NCBI GenBank assembly: GCA_964588435.1
Contig: CAZPPI010000002.1
Span: 3,542-67,541, forward strand
Length of the DNA: 64,000 nt
From: an uncultured Gammaproteobacteria bacterium
GTDB taxonomy: Bacteria > Patescibacteriota > Patescibacteriia > Patescibacteriales > UBA12465
Reading direction: 5' to 3'
Shown here: positions 20,048 through 31,803 of the stretch, piece after piece
Position numbering within the stretch: position 1 is the stretch's first letter
How the letters are laid out: each line of letters opens with the position of its first letter
Notes under the pieces: generated by a model
The model's database searches: none
What the model saw: only the letters and a program-made list of their open reading frames with translations
What the model was told of the DNA's origin: nothing
Program-made: the position numbers and the translations under genes

Positions 20048-23000
20048 ATGCTAAATCCGATAAAAACCAGTGATTTTGAGGCAATTAAACTCAAACTGGC
20101 TAGCCCTGAAGACATTTTGTCTTGGTCGCACGGTGAAATCATTCGTCCAGAAACGATAAATTATCGCACCCAAAAACCAGAAAAGGATGGCTTGTTTTGT
20201 GAAAAAATATTTGGACCAACTAAGGACTGGGAATGTGCTTGTGGTAAATATAAAAAAATTCGTTATAAAGGAATTGTTTGTGATAAATGTGGAGTTGAGG
20301 TAACAAGGAGCGTTGTTCGTCGCGAACGTTTGGGCCACATTACCTTACAAATTCCAGCAACTCATATTTGGTTTTTAAGAGGTTTGTCTTCGAAGATTGG
20401 TTTGCTTTTAAATATTGGCGTTCAATCTTTAGAAAAGGTTATTTATTATGCTAGTTTTATTGTTACTGATGTTGACGAGAGCTTAAAAGAGGCAACAATC
20501 GAACAAATTAAATCTGAATATAAAGCTAAGATTAAAAGTATTGAGAATGATTTTAAAAACCGTTTAAAGAGTTTAATTGAAGGTGATGAAAAAAATGTTG
20601 GACTTGATGAAAAGGCTTTATTAATTGAAAAAGAAGAGAAACTTGCTAGCTTAGAAGAAGATTTTATTCAAGTGCAAAAAGATTTAAAAGATTTGCGTCC
20701 ACTTTTAATTTTATCAGAAAGTGATTACCAGAGTTTAAGCATGAAATTTGGTCATATCTTTGAAGCTTCTATTGGAGCGGAAGCGATTAGAGGCTTATTG
20801 GCTAAAATTGATTTGAAATCAAGTATTGATAAATTAGAAGAAAAATTAAAAGAAGCAAATGAAGTTAAAAAAGAAAAATTAGTTAAACGATTAAAATTAC
20901 TTAAGAGTTTTTATAATAATAATATTCGTCCAGAGTGGATGATTATGACAATTGTTCCGGTTATTCCACCCGATTTAAGACCAATGGTTGCTCTTGATGG
21001 TGGTCGTTTTGCTGCTTCTGATTTAAATGATTTATATCGTCGTATTATTAATCGTAATAATCGTTTAAAACAATTAATCGAACTTAATGCGCCGGAAGTT
21101 ATTTGTCGTAATGAAAAAAGAATGCTTCAAGAAGCGGTTGATGCTTTAATTGATAATAGCGCTCGGCACACTAAAACGGTCGTTGCTTCAACTGGACAAA
21201 AAAGACAATTAAAATCTTTGGCTGATACTTTAAAGGGTAAGCAGGGTCGTTTCCGTCAAAACTTGTTAGGTAAGCGAGTTGATTATTCCGGTCGTTCGGT
21301 AATTGTTGTTAATCCAAAATTAAATTTAGATCAATGTGGTTTACCAAAAATTATGGCCCTAGAATTGTTTAAACCTTTTATTATTTCTCAATTAATTAAA
21401 CGCGAGATTGTTCATAACGTTCGTAGTGCTTCTCGTTATATTGAGGCAGGACATGATGATGTTTTTGATATTTTAGAAGAGGTTGTTCGTGAAGCTTTTG
21501 TTTTATTAAATCGCGCTCCGACTTTACATCGTTTGGGTATTCAGGCTTTTAGACCAGTTTTAATTGAGGGTAAGGCGATCCAGATTCATCCTCTTGTTTG
21601 TACTGCTTTTAATGCTGACTTCGATGGTGATCAGATGGCTGTTCATGTTCCTTTAACTAAGGAGGCAAGAGCTGAAGCTAGAGATTTAATGCTTTCAAGT
21701 CATAATCTACTAAAGCCAGCCACTGGTGAACCGATTGTTGCTCCGGGACAAGATATTGTTTGGGGTATTTATTATATTACTTTTGTCGAAGATAATTACG
21801 CCACTAAAATTAAAGAGAAAGCTAAACATTTTTATGATTTTGAAGAAGCAAAGTTAGCTTATGACAATAATAAAATTGATTTACATGAAGCAATTTTTGT
21901 TAAGGTGAATGATGAATTAATGAAAACAACTATTGGTCGCTTAATCTTTAATGAATTATTGCCAGAAAAATTAAGATTTATTAATGAGGTTGTTGGTAAG
22001 GGAAAAATTAGAGATTTAATTCGTGAATGTTTACGTGTTTATGGTGAAGAAGAAACGGTTAGATTTATTGATGGCTTAAAAAAGAGTAGTCTTAAATATA
22101 TTACTAAATCTGGTTTGTCTTGGGGCTTTGGTGATTTACCGAGCTTTAAAGAAAAGGATATTTTAATCAAAAAGACTAATGAAAGTGTAGAAATTATTAA
22201 TGAGCAATACGAGGAAGGGCTTTTAACTGATAGTGAAAGATATTCTAAAGTTATTCAAGAGTGGACTAAGACTAAGGATACGATTGCCGAAATTTGTAAA
22301 AAAGGTTTAACCGGAATTCTTCCAGTTTATTCTATGATTGATTCTGGCGCTCGTGGTTCTTGGGCTCAACCGGTTCAGATTTTAGGTATGAAAGGTTTAG
22401 TAACCTCGCCTTCAGGTGCAATTTTAGAGTTACCAGTTAAAGGAAACTTTAAAGAAGGTTTTGGTGTGCTTGAATATTTTATTTCAACCCATGGTGTGCG
22501 TAAAGGTTTGTCTGATACGGCCTTAAGAACAGCTAATGCTGGTTATTTAACTCGTCGTTTAGTTGATGTTTCTCAGGATGTGATTGTCTCAAAAGATGAT
22601 TGCGGCGATAAAGAAGGGATGATTTTAAATCGAACTCAAATTGAGAAAGATGGTGAAGACTTCTTCCGCAAAATTAGCGGTCGCTATTTAGCGATTGATG
22701 CTGTTAATAATAAGGGCAAGGTTATCTTGACTGCTGGAGAGATAATTGATGAAGAAAATTTAGAGATACTTAAAAAATCTGAAGTAGAGGAAGTCGTTGT
22801 TCGCTCAATTTTAAGTTGTAAGATGCATAAAGGAATTTGTGCTAAATGTTATGGTTGGGATTTAGCTTATAATAAGCCTGTAAAAATTGGAGCAACTGTT
22901 GGTGTTATTGCCGCTCAATCTATTGGTGAACCAGGAACCCAGCTTACTATGAGAACTTTCCACTCCGGAGGTGTAGCTAGTGGCGACGATATTACTCAGG

Positions 23001-23980
23001 GTTTACCGAGGGTAGAAGAAATTTTTGAAGCTAGAAGCCCGAAGAAGAAAGCTTTAATGGCCGATGTTGATGCTAAAGTTTCTGTTGAATTCGGCAAGAA
23101 AGCTATTAGAGATAAGAATAATAAAGAAATCATTGTTGATAATCCTCAGGTTAAAGTTTTAAGTCTCAAATTTAGTGGCAATGAACAAGATAAATATTAT
23201 TTTTCTGAAAAGGTTAATGAGCTTAAATTGGCTGGCGGCTTAACTGCCAAGGATACCAAAAAATTAGAAGTTAAAGTTTTAGTTAAAGATGGTGCGATTG
23301 TTTCTAAAAATACAGAATTATTCAAAGTTGGTTCCGAGGTTGTTAAATCAAAATCAAGTGGTAAAGCCGAGATTAGCGCTAAATATGTTTCAGTTGAACA
23401 CGAGGTCGAAAAGGTTAAAGAATTTTCAATTTTAAAGGGAACAATGTTAATGGTTAAAGATGGGGACCTTGTTAAAAGGGGGGATCAATTAACTGAAGGT
23501 AGTTTAGATTTACGTGAACTTTATAAACTAAAGGGTCAACTTGAAACTCAGAAATATATTATTTCTGAAATTCAATACGTTTACTCTTCTCAAGGTCAGC
23601 CTTTGAATGATAAGCATATCGAAATTATTGCCAGACAGATGTTCTCTCGTTTTTTAATTAAGGAATCAGGTGAAACTAGTTTATTACCAGGAGAAGTCGT
23701 TGAAGAAGAGGTTTTGGAAAGATCTAATAAGGGGATGAAGAAGAAATCTCAGGGTGAAAGATTATTGATGGGTATTACTAAAGCTTCCTTATCAACCGAT
23801 AGTTTCTTATCAGCCGCATCTTTCCAAGAAACTTCTCGTGTTTTAATTGATGCCGCGGTTAGTGGTAAGATTGATTATCTTGAGGGCTTGAAAGAGAATG
23901 TTATTATCGGTTGTTTAATCCCAGCCGGAACTGGCTATAAAGGTAAGAAAGCTAGAGCTGATTATAGTGAGAGTGAATAA
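20048..23980 (+). CDS. rpoC: DNA-directed RNA polymerase subunit beta'
   Basis: 1310 aa. Zn-finger [23 protein letters not shown], catalytic [12 protein letters not shown], bridge-helix and trigger-loop regions. Confidence 0.97.
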   Translation: MLNPIKTSDFEAIKLKLASPEDILSWSHGEIIRPETINYRTQKPEKDGLFCEKIFGPTKDWECACGKYKKIRYKGIVCDKCGVEVTRSVVRRERLGHITLQIPATHIWFLRGLSSKIGLLLNIGVQSLEKVIYYASFIVTDVDESLKEATIEQIKSEYKAKIKSIENDFKNRLKSLIEGDEKNVGLDEKALLIEKEEKLASLEEDFIQVQKDLKDLRPLLILSESDYQSLSMKFGHIFEASIGAEAIRGLLAKIDLKSSIDKLEEKLKEANEVKKEKLVKRLKLLKSFYNNNIRPEWMIMTIVPVIPPDLRPMVALDGGRFAASDLNDLYRRIINRNNRLKQLIELNAPEVICRNEKRMLQEAVDALIDNSARHTKTVVASTGQKRQLKSLADTLKGKQGRFRQNLLGKRVDYSGRSVIVVNPKLNLDQCGLPKIMALELFKPFIISQLIKREIVHNVRSASRYIEAGHDDVFDILEEVVREAFVLLNRAPTLHRLGIQAFRPVLIEGKAIQIHPLVCTAFNADFDGDQMAVHVPLTKEARAEARDLMLSSHNLLKPATGEPIVAPGQDIVWGIYYITFVEDNYATKIKEKAKHFYDFEEAKLAYDNNKIDLHEAIFVKVNDELMKTTIGRLIFNELLPEKLRFINEVVGKGKIRDLIRECLRVYGEEETVRFIDGLKKSSLKYITKSGLSWGFGDLPSFKEKDILIKKTNESVEIINEQYEEGLLTDSERYSKVIQEWTKTKDTIAEICKKGLTGILPVYSMIDSGARGSWAQPVQILGMKGLVTSPSGAILELPVKGNFKEGFGVLEYFISTHGVRKGLSDTALRTANAGYLTRRLVDVSQDVIVSKDDCGDKEGMILNRTQIEKDGEDFFRKISGRYLAIDAVNNKGKVILTAGEIIDEENLEILKKSEVEEVVVRSILSCKMHKGICAKCYGWDLAYNKPVKIGATVGVIAAQSIGEPGTQLTMRTFHSGGVASGDDITQGLPRVEEIFEARSPKKKALMADVDAKVSVEFGKKAIRDKNNKEIIVDNPQVKVLSLKFSGNEQDKYYFSEKVNELKLAGGLTAKDTKKLEVKVLVKDGAIVSKNTELFKVGSEVVKSKSSGKAEISAKYVSVEHEVEKVKEFSILKGTMLMVKDGDLVKRGDQLTEGSLDLRELYKLKGQLETQKYIISEIQYVYSSQGQPLNDKHIEIIARQMFSRFLIKESGETSLLPGEVVEEEVLERSNKGMKKKSQGERLLMGITKASLSTDSFLSAASFQETSRVLIDAAVSGKIDYLEGLKENVIIGCLIPAGTGYKGKKARADYSESE

Positions 23981-24030
23981 TGGTGAAGGCATCTTCTTGT
24001 TGTTAAAATAGATAAAAGATTATTATAAAA

Positions 24031-24062
24031 AGATGAGCCCTGTTTTTGGGGCTCATTTTTTA
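24031..24062 (+). terminator. Rho-independent terminator after rpoC
   Basis: GC-containing hairpin gatgagccc-tgttttt-ggggctcat followed by TTTTTT. Confidence 0.75.
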
Positions 24063-24101
24063 GTTGAAAATCTTAGCAAAATAAGCTAATATTAATAAGT
24101 A

Positions 24102-25652
24102 ATGAAAATAACTAAATTAAAAAATTGGCCGTTTCATTTGAAGCTCCGACTTGTTTTTGGGGTGTTTTTGTTAGTTATCTTAGTAGTTATTTTTTGCCTT
24201 AAAATTGTGCCTGATGGCAAAACTTTCTATAAAAAAACCTGGTCTAATAGTTTTTTTTCGGCTCGCGGGACTCTACTTGATTTTAGACCGGGGATTCGTT
24301 TTGATTCTAAGACTAAGGATTATTTAAAGATTATTGCTGAACCGATTTATTTTAACTTTTACGCCCCTCGTTCTTTTTCTAAAGCAAAAATAACAATTAA
24401 ATATTTTGATAATTTATCAAAGGAAACGCCAATAATTGAACTGGGCTTATTAAAAGGAGGACTTAATGGTAATTATGAACTTAAACCTCTTCAAAATAAA
24501 ATTATTGATGAATTAAAATTTTCTTGGGCTAAAATTGTTGATGACGGCGAAACTTTAATTTTACAAAGAGAAAAAATTTATGATAATGAACTTGAATTTC
24601 TCGCGGATTTATCTGTTGGTAAATTAAGAAACTGTGCTGGTGGTCCTTTAAGTTGTGCTGTTTTTTACAATTATAGTTATGACTATAATTACAAAGCTCC
24701 GCTTAATAATTTAAATCATTCATTAAAAATAAATCAAGCTCTTCGCGGTGAGCACCAATTTTTTAGTTATTTTAATCAAGGGAAATGGTTCTTGGATTTT
24801 AATTTTCGCGATTTAAATTTAAGTAGCGGTCAAGAAGTAGTACGAGTTGATATTTATTTAGCGGACAAATTAATTGAGAGTCAAAGCTTAAACGGACTTG
24901 ATTTAGCCCCTAGCAACGAAGGTTTTAATAATGCCAAGCCCCAGGGTGAAACTATTGGGGAACTTCGTTTTGCTGGTCTAGCCGAAGAAGGGGCTTTATA
25001 TAAAGTTGAAATTAAAGCCAGTAATGATATTGTCATTGAAAATATAGAGAGTTCTTCCAACCAAATCGTTTTTATTAATAAACTTTGGCCAGTTTATAGC
25101 GATGGTTTAAAAATTTCTACTGACGCTAATTTTTTATCAGTTAAAACTTTTGAAACCGAGTCATTAGGCCCCCTTTTTCTTAATGACGAAAAATTTGAGT
25201 TAGACACAACTTATAATAGCTTATTACTTGAAGTTAAAAATAAGGCTAGATACTTAAATGAACTAAGTCTTGAAAAAAGTGGGGTTTTAGTTGAGTTAAA
25301 TGGCTTTATTGCTTTAGCGGAAACTAAGTTTTTTAAACCTCTTCCTCAAAAAATGGACAGATTTTTTTCTAAAGACGGGGGAGCTTCTTATCTTTTGAGT
25401 AATTACAATTCCCCTAAAAAAGAGAAAGATTATAAAGTTACTAGTCTTGAATTTGATTTAGACTCGGCTTATTTAGAGGATAATTATTATTCCTTTGTTA
25501 TTTCTGTTCCTGGTCTAGAATTGTCTCAAAATTTTAACGATGAAGGATTGCCAATAGAATCTGAAAGTTATTTAGGAATTAAAGAAATTAAAATCGAAGT
25601 TGAGGGCAGAAGTTTAAGCGAAAAAATTAAAGAAGTAGTTCGAGGTCTATGA
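24102..25652 (+). CDS. hypothetical membrane-anchored extracytoplasmic protein (516 aa)
   Basis: Single N-terminal TM (LVFGVFLLVILVVIFCL) followed by a large hydrophilic domain. No motif recognised. Confidence 0.55.
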   Translation: MKITKLKNWPFHLKLRLVFGVFLLVILVVIFCLKIVPDGKTFYKKTWSNSFFSARGTLLDFRPGIRFDSKTKDYLKIIAEPIYFNFYAPRSFSKAKITIKYFDNLSKETPIIELGLLKGGLNGNYELKPLQNKIIDELKFSWAKIVDDGETLILQREKIYDNELEFLADLSVGKLRNCAGGPLSCAVFYNYSYDYNYKAPLNNLNHSLKINQALRGEHQFFSYFNQGKWFLDFNFRDLNLSSGQEVVRVDIYLADKLIESQSLNGLDLAPSNEGFNNAKPQGETIGELRFAGLAEEGALYKVEIKASNDIVIENIESSSNQIVFINKLWPVYSDGLKISTDANFLSVKTFETESLGPLFLNDEKFELDTTYNSLLLEVKNKARYLNELSLEKSGVLVELNGFIALAETKFFKPLPQKMDRFFSKDGGASYLLSNYNSPKKEKDYKVTSLEFDLDSAYLEDNYYSFVISVPGLELSQNFNDEGLPIESESYLGIKEIKIEVEGRSLSEKIKEVVRGL

Positions 25653-25855
25653 AGAAAATAACTGAAAGACAAAAAGAGATACTGAAAATTGTTGTGCAGG
25701 AATTTTTTTATTTTCTTAGTGTTTTAGTTGCCGCTTTTTTTGTTCTTGATATTATTTTTCGGGGGTTAATTACAGCTTACTTAAATTTAAACCTCCTTTT
25801 TCTCCTTTGGATAATAATAGCTTTAATTGATTTGCGGTTTAATAAGAAAAAATAA
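25649..25855 (+). CDS. small membrane protein (68 aa)
   Basis: Start overlaps the upstream stop as ATGA (translational coupling). Two hydrophobic helices. Ends 1 nt before the murJ start. Confidence 0.45.
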   Translation: MKKITERQKEILKIVVQEFFYFLSVLVAAFFVLDIIFRGLITAYLNLNLLFLLWIIIALIDLRFNKKK

Positions 25856-25856
25856 A

Positions 25857-27503
25857 ATGATAAAAGATATTTTTAAAAAACAAATAAATAGTATCACGGT
25901 TGCCGCTGCTTTAGTAGCGATATCTTCTTTAGCCTCTCGTCTTTTAGGAGTTTTACGTGATCGTATTTTAGGTGGTAAATTTGGCGCTGGGCAAGAACTT
26001 GATATTTATTTTGCCGCTTTTAAAATTCCCGATCTTATTTATGGCTTAATTGTTTTAGGGGCATTATCGGCGGGCTTTATTCCTGTTTTTACTAAGTTAA
26101 TTAAGGATTATAAATGTGACAAAAAAAATCCGGCTGAAGTTTATGAAGTAAATAAAGAAGCTTGGCTTTTATCAAGTAATGTTTTAACAATTTTGTTTTT
26201 TGCGCTCGCACTACTGTCTATTTTAGGTTTTATTTTTGCTCCCTTTTTAACAAAACTTGTTGCTCCTGGCTTTAATTTGACCGATCAAGCTTTAACGGCA
26301 AAACTAACTAAAATAATGTTTTTATCCCCAATACTTTTAGGTATATCCGGGATTTTTGGGGGCATGCTTCAATCATTTAAACGTTTCTTAGTTTATTCAT
26401 TGGCGCCAATTTTTTATAATTTGGGTATTATTTTTGGAGCAGTTTATTTAGTTGATATTTATGGACAGATCGGTTTAGCTTGGGGAGTTGTTTTAGGCGC
26501 CTTGCTTCATTTATTAATTCAAATTCCTACGATTTATAGTCTTGGTTTTCGTTATTCTTTTCGTTTTTCTTTAAAAGATAAGAATGTTTTAGAAATCTTT
26601 AGAGTTATGGTTCCGCGAATGATGAGTCTCGCAATTTCCCAGGTTAATTTATTAGTTATTACTGCTCTTGCTTCTGGTTTAGCAAGCGGCTCTTTAACTG
26701 TCTTTAATTTAGCGAATAATTTACAATCTTTTCCAGTAGGAATTTTTGGTATTTCTTTTGCTGTTGCCGCTTTTCCACTTTTATCGGCGACAGCCTTTAA
26801 TAAAGAAGTGCTTGCTAAAAACTTTTCTCAAGCTTTTCGACAGATTTTATTTTTTATTGTTCCGGCTACAGTTTTGATGATAATTTTACGAGCACAAATT
26901 GTTAGAATTGTTTTTGGGACGGGAAACTTTAGTTGGCAAGATACTATTTTAACCATGAATACCTTAGCTTTTTTCTCAATGAGTTTATTTGCTCAAGCGA
27001 CGATTCCTCTTTTAGTCAGAGTTTTTTATGCAAGACATAATTCCAAAACCCCTTTTTATTTAGGGTTAATTACAGTTTTTGTTAATATTATTTTATCTCT
27101 TTTCTTCGCTAAAACCATGGGTGTTACTGGTTTAGCTTTAGCTTTTTCGCTCTCAAGTATTTTAAATTTTTTACTATTATTTTTTTGGTTATATCTTGAA
27201 ACGGGAGCGATTAAATTTCAAGAAATTGTTTTTTCTGTGGCTAAGTTTAGCATTGCGGCAATTTTGGCCGGACTCGGAGCTCAAGCGACAAAGTATTTAG
27301 TTTGGCCTTATATTGATATGACAAGATTTAGCGGCGTTTTTATTCAACTTATTTCAGCTGCTATTGTCGGCACTTTAATTTATGCTCTTATTTGTTATCT
27401 TTTGCGTAGTGTTGAATTGTTAGATTTTATTGAATCTTTGAAGCGACGTTTTCCTTTTAGAAAGGTTAAAATTAGTGATCAGGGAGAGGCGCGTGGTCTT
27501 TGA
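25857..27503 (+). CDS. murJ: murein biosynthesis integral membrane protein MurJ (lipid II flippase)
   Basis: N-terminal ALVAISSLASRLLGVLRDRILGGKFGAGQELDIYFAAFKIPDL is typical of MurJ/MviN, with a 14-TM architecture. Start placed at ATG 25857. Confidence 0.88.
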   Translation: MIKDIFKKQINSITVAAALVAISSLASRLLGVLRDRILGGKFGAGQELDIYFAAFKIPDLIYGLIVLGALSAGFIPVFTKLIKDYKCDKKNPAEVYEVNKEAWLLSSNVLTILFFALALLSILGFIFAPFLTKLVAPGFNLTDQALTAKLTKIMFLSPILLGISGIFGGMLQSFKRFLVYSLAPIFYNLGIIFGAVYLVDIYGQIGLAWGVVLGALLHLLIQIPTIYSLGFRYSFRFSLKDKNVLEIFRVMVPRMMSLAISQVNLLVITALASGLASGSLTVFNLANNLQSFPVGIFGISFAVAAFPLLSATAFNKEVLAKNFSQAFRQILFFIVPATVLMIILRAQIVRIVFGTGNFSWQDTILTMNTLAFFSMSLFAQATIPLLVRVFYARHNSKTPFYLGLITVFVNIILSLFFAKTMGVTGLALAFSLSSILNFLLLFFWLYLETGAIKFQEIVFSVAKFSIAAILAGLGAQATKYLVWPYIDMTRFSGVFIQLISAAIVGTLIYALICYLLRSVELLDFIESLKRRFPFRKVKISDQGEARGL

Positions 27504-27577
27504 TTTAATAGTTTTTCGGGCTTGACCACAAGACTAGCTTATGGAAGAATAGAGGAATAGATGATAAATATAAAATT

Positions 27578-29398
27578 ATGAAAGATATAGTTAAAATTAG
27601 AAATTTCTCAATTATTGCTCATATTGATCACGGGAAATCAACTTTGGCTGATAGGATGTTAGAAATAACAGGAACAGTTGATAAACGAAAAATGAAAGAT
27701 CAAATTCTTGATGGCATGGATATTGAAAGAGAAAGAGGAATTACCATTAAATTACAACCAGCAACTATGGAATATCAAGGATTTCGTTTGAATTTAATTG
27801 ATACTCCGGGTCACGTTGATTTTTCTTATGAAGTTTCTCGTTCTTTAGCGGCAGTAGAAACAGCCGTTCTTTTAGTTGATGCTAGTCAAGGGATTCAAGC
27901 CCAGACTCTAGCTAATTTATATCTTGCTTTAGCTCAAGATTTGATAATTATTCCGGTTATTAATAAGATAGATTTGCCGGCTGCCGATATTCCGAAAGCA
28001 AAAAGAGAAATTATTGACTTACTTGGCTGCAAAGAGGAGGAAATAATTTGTGCTTCTGGAAAAACCGGCGCTGGAGTTGAAGAAATTCTACAGAGAGTTA
28101 TTAGTTTTGGTGAACCACCAAAAGATTTAATTAAAGACAATGAAACTACTCCTCGGGCCTTAATTTTTGATTCAAAATACGACGCCTATCGTGGTGTTGT
28201 TGCTTATATTCGAGTCTTTAACGGTCAAATCAAAAAAGGTGATAAAATAAAACTGCTTTTCACTAAAGCGGAGAGCGAAGTTTTAGATTGTGGTTTTTTT
28301 AAACCTGATTATTTCTCAACTGGCGTGATTGATTCGGGAGAAATCGGCTATGTTATTACCGGCTTCAAACAGGTTGGTGATTGTCGTGTTGGTGATACGC
28401 TCTCTGCCGGGCAAGGCTCTTCTTTTAGCGCTAATGTTAATCCTTTGCCTGGCTATGAAGAAGTTCGTCCGATGGTTTATGCGGGAATTTTTCCTCGTGA
28501 AGGCAATGATTTTAAAGATTTACGCGATGCGATGGAAAAATTAAAATTAAATGATGCTTCATTATCTTATGAACCAGAGCGATCTGATGCTCTTGGTCTT
28601 GGTTTTCGTTGTGGTTTTCTAGGACTACTCCACCTCGAAGTTTTCCAAGAACGGCTAAGACGAGAGTATGGACTTGATTTAATTGTTACAGTTCCGAGTG
28701 TTGCCTATCAAGTAATAAAATCTGATGGTGAAGAGATAGTAGTTAGAACCCCACAAAGATTGCCGGAACCAAATCAGATTAGTAAGATTTTAGAACCTTG
28801 GGTTAGACTTGATATCGTTGTCCCAAAAAATTACATGGGTAATGTTATTAAACTTACTCAGGAAAAAAAAGGATTTTATCGTAATACTGAATATTTATCT
28901 TCTGAGGGTGAAAGTAGTCGTGTTTTACTTCATTATGAGATGCCTTTATCGGCTATTTTAACTGACTTCTATGATAAATTAAAAAGTGTTTCGGCTGGTT
29001 ATGCCTCGATTAATTATGATTATTTAGATTATCGTGAGGCCGATGTTGTTAAGCTTGACATTTTAGTGGCTGATGATATTGTTGAGTCTTTAGCAACCAT
29101 TATTTATCGTGATGATGCTTATCGTGAGGGTCGGGCGGTAGTAGAAATTTTAAAAGATAGTCTGCCTCGTCAAATGTTTGCTGTCAAAATCCAGGCTTCT
29201 ATTGGGGCGAAGGTTATTGCCGCCGAAAGAATTCCAGCGATGAGAAAAGATGTGACCGCTAAACTTTATGGCGGTGATGTTAGTCGCAAGCGCAAACTGT
29301 TAGAAAAACAAAAAAAGGGAAAAAAGAAAATGATGGCGGCTGGTAAAGGTAGCGTTGAAATTCCCTCTGATACTTTTGTTAAAATTTTAAAAAGATAA
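27578..29398 (+). CDS. lepA: translation elongation factor 4 (LepA)
   Basis: IRNFSIIAHIDHGKSTLADR G1 motif, DTPGHVDF G3, and the LepA-specific C-terminal domain. Confidence 0.95.
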   Translation: MKDIVKIRNFSIIAHIDHGKSTLADRMLEITGTVDKRKMKDQILDGMDIERERGITIKLQPATMEYQGFRLNLIDTPGHVDFSYEVSRSLAAVETAVLLVDASQGIQAQTLANLYLALAQDLIIIPVINKIDLPAADIPKAKREIIDLLGCKEEEIICASGKTGAGVEEILQRVISFGEPPKDLIKDNETTPRALIFDSKYDAYRGVVAYIRVFNGQIKKGDKIKLLFTKAESEVLDCGFFKPDYFSTGVIDSGEIGYVITGFKQVGDCRVGDTLSAGQGSSFSANVNPLPGYEEVRPMVYAGIFPREGNDFKDLRDAMEKLKLNDASLSYEPERSDALGLGFRCGFLGLLHLEVFQERLRREYGLDLIVTVPSVAYQVIKSDGEEIVVRTPQRLPEPNQISKILEPWVRLDIVVPKNYMGNVIKLTQEKKGFYRNTEYLSSEGESSRVLLHYEMPLSAILTDFYDKLKSVSAGYASINYDYLDYREADVVKLDILVADDIVESLATIIYRDDAYREGRAVVEILKDSLPRQMFAVKIQASIGAKVIAAERIPAMRKDVTAKLYGGDVSRKRKLLEKQKKGKKKMMAAGKGSVEIPSDTFVKILKR

Positions 29399-29407
29399 AA
29401 TACTAAT

Positions 29408-29503
29408 ATGAAAAAGAAAAAGGCGATGAAAATCTTTTGGCTCCTTGTTTCAATTATGGTGATTTTTTCCATGGTTGCCTGGACTTCGATGGTTGGATTT
29501 TAA
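29408..29503 (+). CDS. possible small hydrophobic peptide (31 aa)
   Basis: ATG-initiated ORF MKKKKAMKIFWLLVSIMVIFSMVAWTSMVGF in the lepA-recJ spacer, with a Lys-rich N-terminus and one TM. Below the ORF-track cutoff. Speculative. Confidence 0.25.
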   Translation: MKKKKAMKIFWLLVSIMVIFSMVAWTSMVGF

Positions 29504-29516
29504 ATAAAATATTTAC

Positions 29517-31349
29517 ATGAAAATTTGGCAATTAGAATCTTCTGCTCCAGAAAAATTATTTCAGGATAATCAAAATCTTGATCCGGTCCTTTTGCAATTG
29601 CTTTATAATCGAGGCTTAACTACGGCCCTAGAAATTAAAGAATTTATTTCCGGAGAGCTACGAGAAGATTTAAAACTTGGTTTAAACAAAGGTGAGAAAG
29701 GGGATTTTTATAACCCTTTTTTATTTCGTGATATGACGGCAGTAGTTGATTTAATTATTACTCATATTAAAGCTGGCAATAAAATTGTGGTTTATGGCGA
29801 CTATGATGCTGATGGTGTTACTTCCTCAGTTATCTTACTTGAAACTCTAAAAACTTTAAAAGCTGAGGTAGAAATTTACTTACCAGATAGAGTTTCTGAA
29901 GGTTATGGCTTGAATAAAGCCGCTCTCAAAGTTATTGCTGAACAAGGGTTTAAACTTTTAATTACCGTTGATAATGGAATTAGAAATAAAGCAGAAGCTG
30001 ATTATGCTAAAGAATTAGGGCTTGATATTGTTATTACCGATCACCATGTTTTACCAGAAAAAGAAGAGGATTATCCAACCTGTTTATTTATTGATCCAGC
30101 TGATACCCGGGAAAAATATCCGTTTAAAGTTTTAGCTGGTGTTGGGGTCGCTTTTAAGTTAATTAGCGCCCTCCTTTATAAATCAAATTTAGAGCCAAAA
30201 CAAAAAAAACTAATTAGTGATAAAGCTTTAGATTTAGTTGCGGTTGGCACGGTTGCTGATATGGTTAGCTTGCTTGGTGAAAATCGTTTGTTAGTTAAAA
30301 AGGGCCTAGAAGTTTTAAATAAAAAGAAACGTCTTGGTTTAAATAAATTAATGGAAGTTGCTAATATTAATAGTGATAAAAAACTTGAAGCTTGGAATAT
30401 TGGTTGGCAAATTGGTCCGCGTCTTAATGCTGCTAGTCGCTTAGCTCATGCTAATAGCGCTTTCGCGCTTTTAACAACCACCGATGAAGATGAGGCGTCT
30501 GAATTAGCTGAAGAATTAAATCAAAGAAATATTAGTCGTCAAAAAATTACTGAAGAAATTAGTGCTCAGGTTGAAGAACAAATTGATAGAAATAACTTAC
30601 CAAAAATAATTATTGGCATCGCTGCCGAAGGCCAGATTTGGAATGAGGGAGTTATTGGTTTAGTGGCGGGGCGAATTGCCGATAAATATTATCGCCCAAC
30701 TCTTATCATTACTCGCCTAATTGAAGATTTCGAATTTAATGCTAAGTTGAACAAAGTTATACCAAAAAAATTAAACTTTAAAGGATCTGGTCGTTCGATT
30801 GAGGGCTTTAATTTAATTGAAGCTATTGAAGCTAGCTCTGAACATGTTGATAAATATGGTGGGCATCCGATGGCCTGTGGTTTTTCTGTTAAAGATGAAG
30901 AAAAATTATTAAAATTTAAAGAAAAACTTGAAGAGCTTGCTTCTAATTTAAGTGAAAAAGATTTAATCCCTAAATTAACAATTGAAGCAGAGCTTGATTT
31001 CTCTGAAATTAATTTAGAACTCTTAGAAAAAATTGAACAACTCGCTCCTTTCGGTCAGCATAATCAACAGCCCCGCTTTGTCTCTTATCAATTGAAAATA
31101 AATGATATTAATTTGATGGGTTTTGAAAATCAGCACATCAAACTTCGTTTAATATCTTCTGATAATTCAAGTTTAAGAAATCATTCTTTTTCCGCTCTAT
31201 CATTTGGTGACGCTAAAAAATATGAGACCTTGAAAGTTGGCGATATTATCGATTTAGTTTATTATTTAGATATCAATGATTTTAATGGCAGAAGAGAGCC
31301 TCAGTTAAAAATTATTGATCTTAAACTAAGTGAAATTAGTAATGATTAA
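29517..31349 (+). CDS. recJ: single-stranded-DNA-specific exonuclease RecJ
   Basis: DHH motifs (VYGDYDADGVTS, ITDHH) and the DHHA1 domain (GGHPMACG). Confidence 0.9.
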   Translation: MKIWQLESSAPEKLFQDNQNLDPVLLQLLYNRGLTTALEIKEFISGELREDLKLGLNKGEKGDFYNPFLFRDMTAVVDLIITHIKAGNKIVVYGDYDADGVTSSVILLETLKTLKAEVEIYLPDRVSEGYGLNKAALKVIAEQGFKLLITVDNGIRNKAEADYAKELGLDIVITDHHVLPEKEEDYPTCLFIDPADTREKYPFKVLAGVGVAFKLISALLYKSNLEPKQKKLISDKALDLVAVGTVADMVSLLGENRLLVKKGLEVLNKKKRLGLNKLMEVANINSDKKLEAWNIGWQIGPRLNAASRLAHANSAFALLTTTDEDEASELAEELNQRNISRQKITEEISAQVEEQIDRNNLPKIIIGIAAEGQIWNEGVIGLVAGRIADKYYRPTLIITRLIEDFEFNAKLNKVIPKKLNFKGSGRSIEGFNLIEAIEASSEHVDKYGGHPMACGFSVKDEEKLLKFKEKLEELASNLSEKDLIPKLTIEAELDFSEINLELLEKIEQLAPFGQHNQQPRFVSYQLKINDINLMGFENQHIKLRLISSDNSSLRNHSFSALSFGDAKKYETLKVGDIIDLVYYLDINDFNGRREPQLKIIDLKLSEISND

Positions 31350-31359
31350 AATATTTTCT

Positions 31360-31764
31360 ATGCAAAAGATTATTATTTATAGTGATGGTGGCGCTCGTGG
31401 TAATCCAGGGCCAGCCGGAATTGGCGCGGTTTTATATGATGAACATAAAAATCTATTAGCAGAAATTTCAAGTTATCTTGGGGTTGCCACTAATAATCAG
31501 GCCGAGTATAAAGCTTTAATTGCCGCCTTGAAAAAAGCCAAAGAGCTGGGCGCTAAAGAGATTGATTGTTTTTTAGATAGCGAATTGGTTGTTAAGCAAT
31601 TGAGACGAGAATATAAAGTTAAAAATGCTGAGCTCGCTCCATTATTTTTAGAAATTCATAATCTTTCTTTAAGTTTCCAGAAAATAAATTATAACCATAT
31701 TCGTCGAGAGCTAAATAAAGAAGCCGATCGTTTAGCTAATGAAGCGATGGATAGGGGTTTATAA
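31360..31764 (+). CDS. rnhA: ribonuclease HI
   Basis: IYSDGGARGNPGPAGIGAV...TNNQAEYKALIAAL...DSELVVKQL matches the RNase H catalytic core. ATG 31360 is preferred over the in-frame GTG at 31330, which would overlap recJ. Confidence 0.85.
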   Translation: MQKIIIYSDGGARGNPGPAGIGAVLYDEHKNLLAEISSYLGVATNNQAEYKALIAALKKAKELGAKEIDCFLDSELVVKQLRREYKVKNAELAPLFLEIHNLSLSFQKINYNHIRRELNKEADRLANEAMDRGL

Positions 31765-31803
31765 CTGATTGGAATAATTGATTTTATTTTTTTGAATCAA
31801 TCT

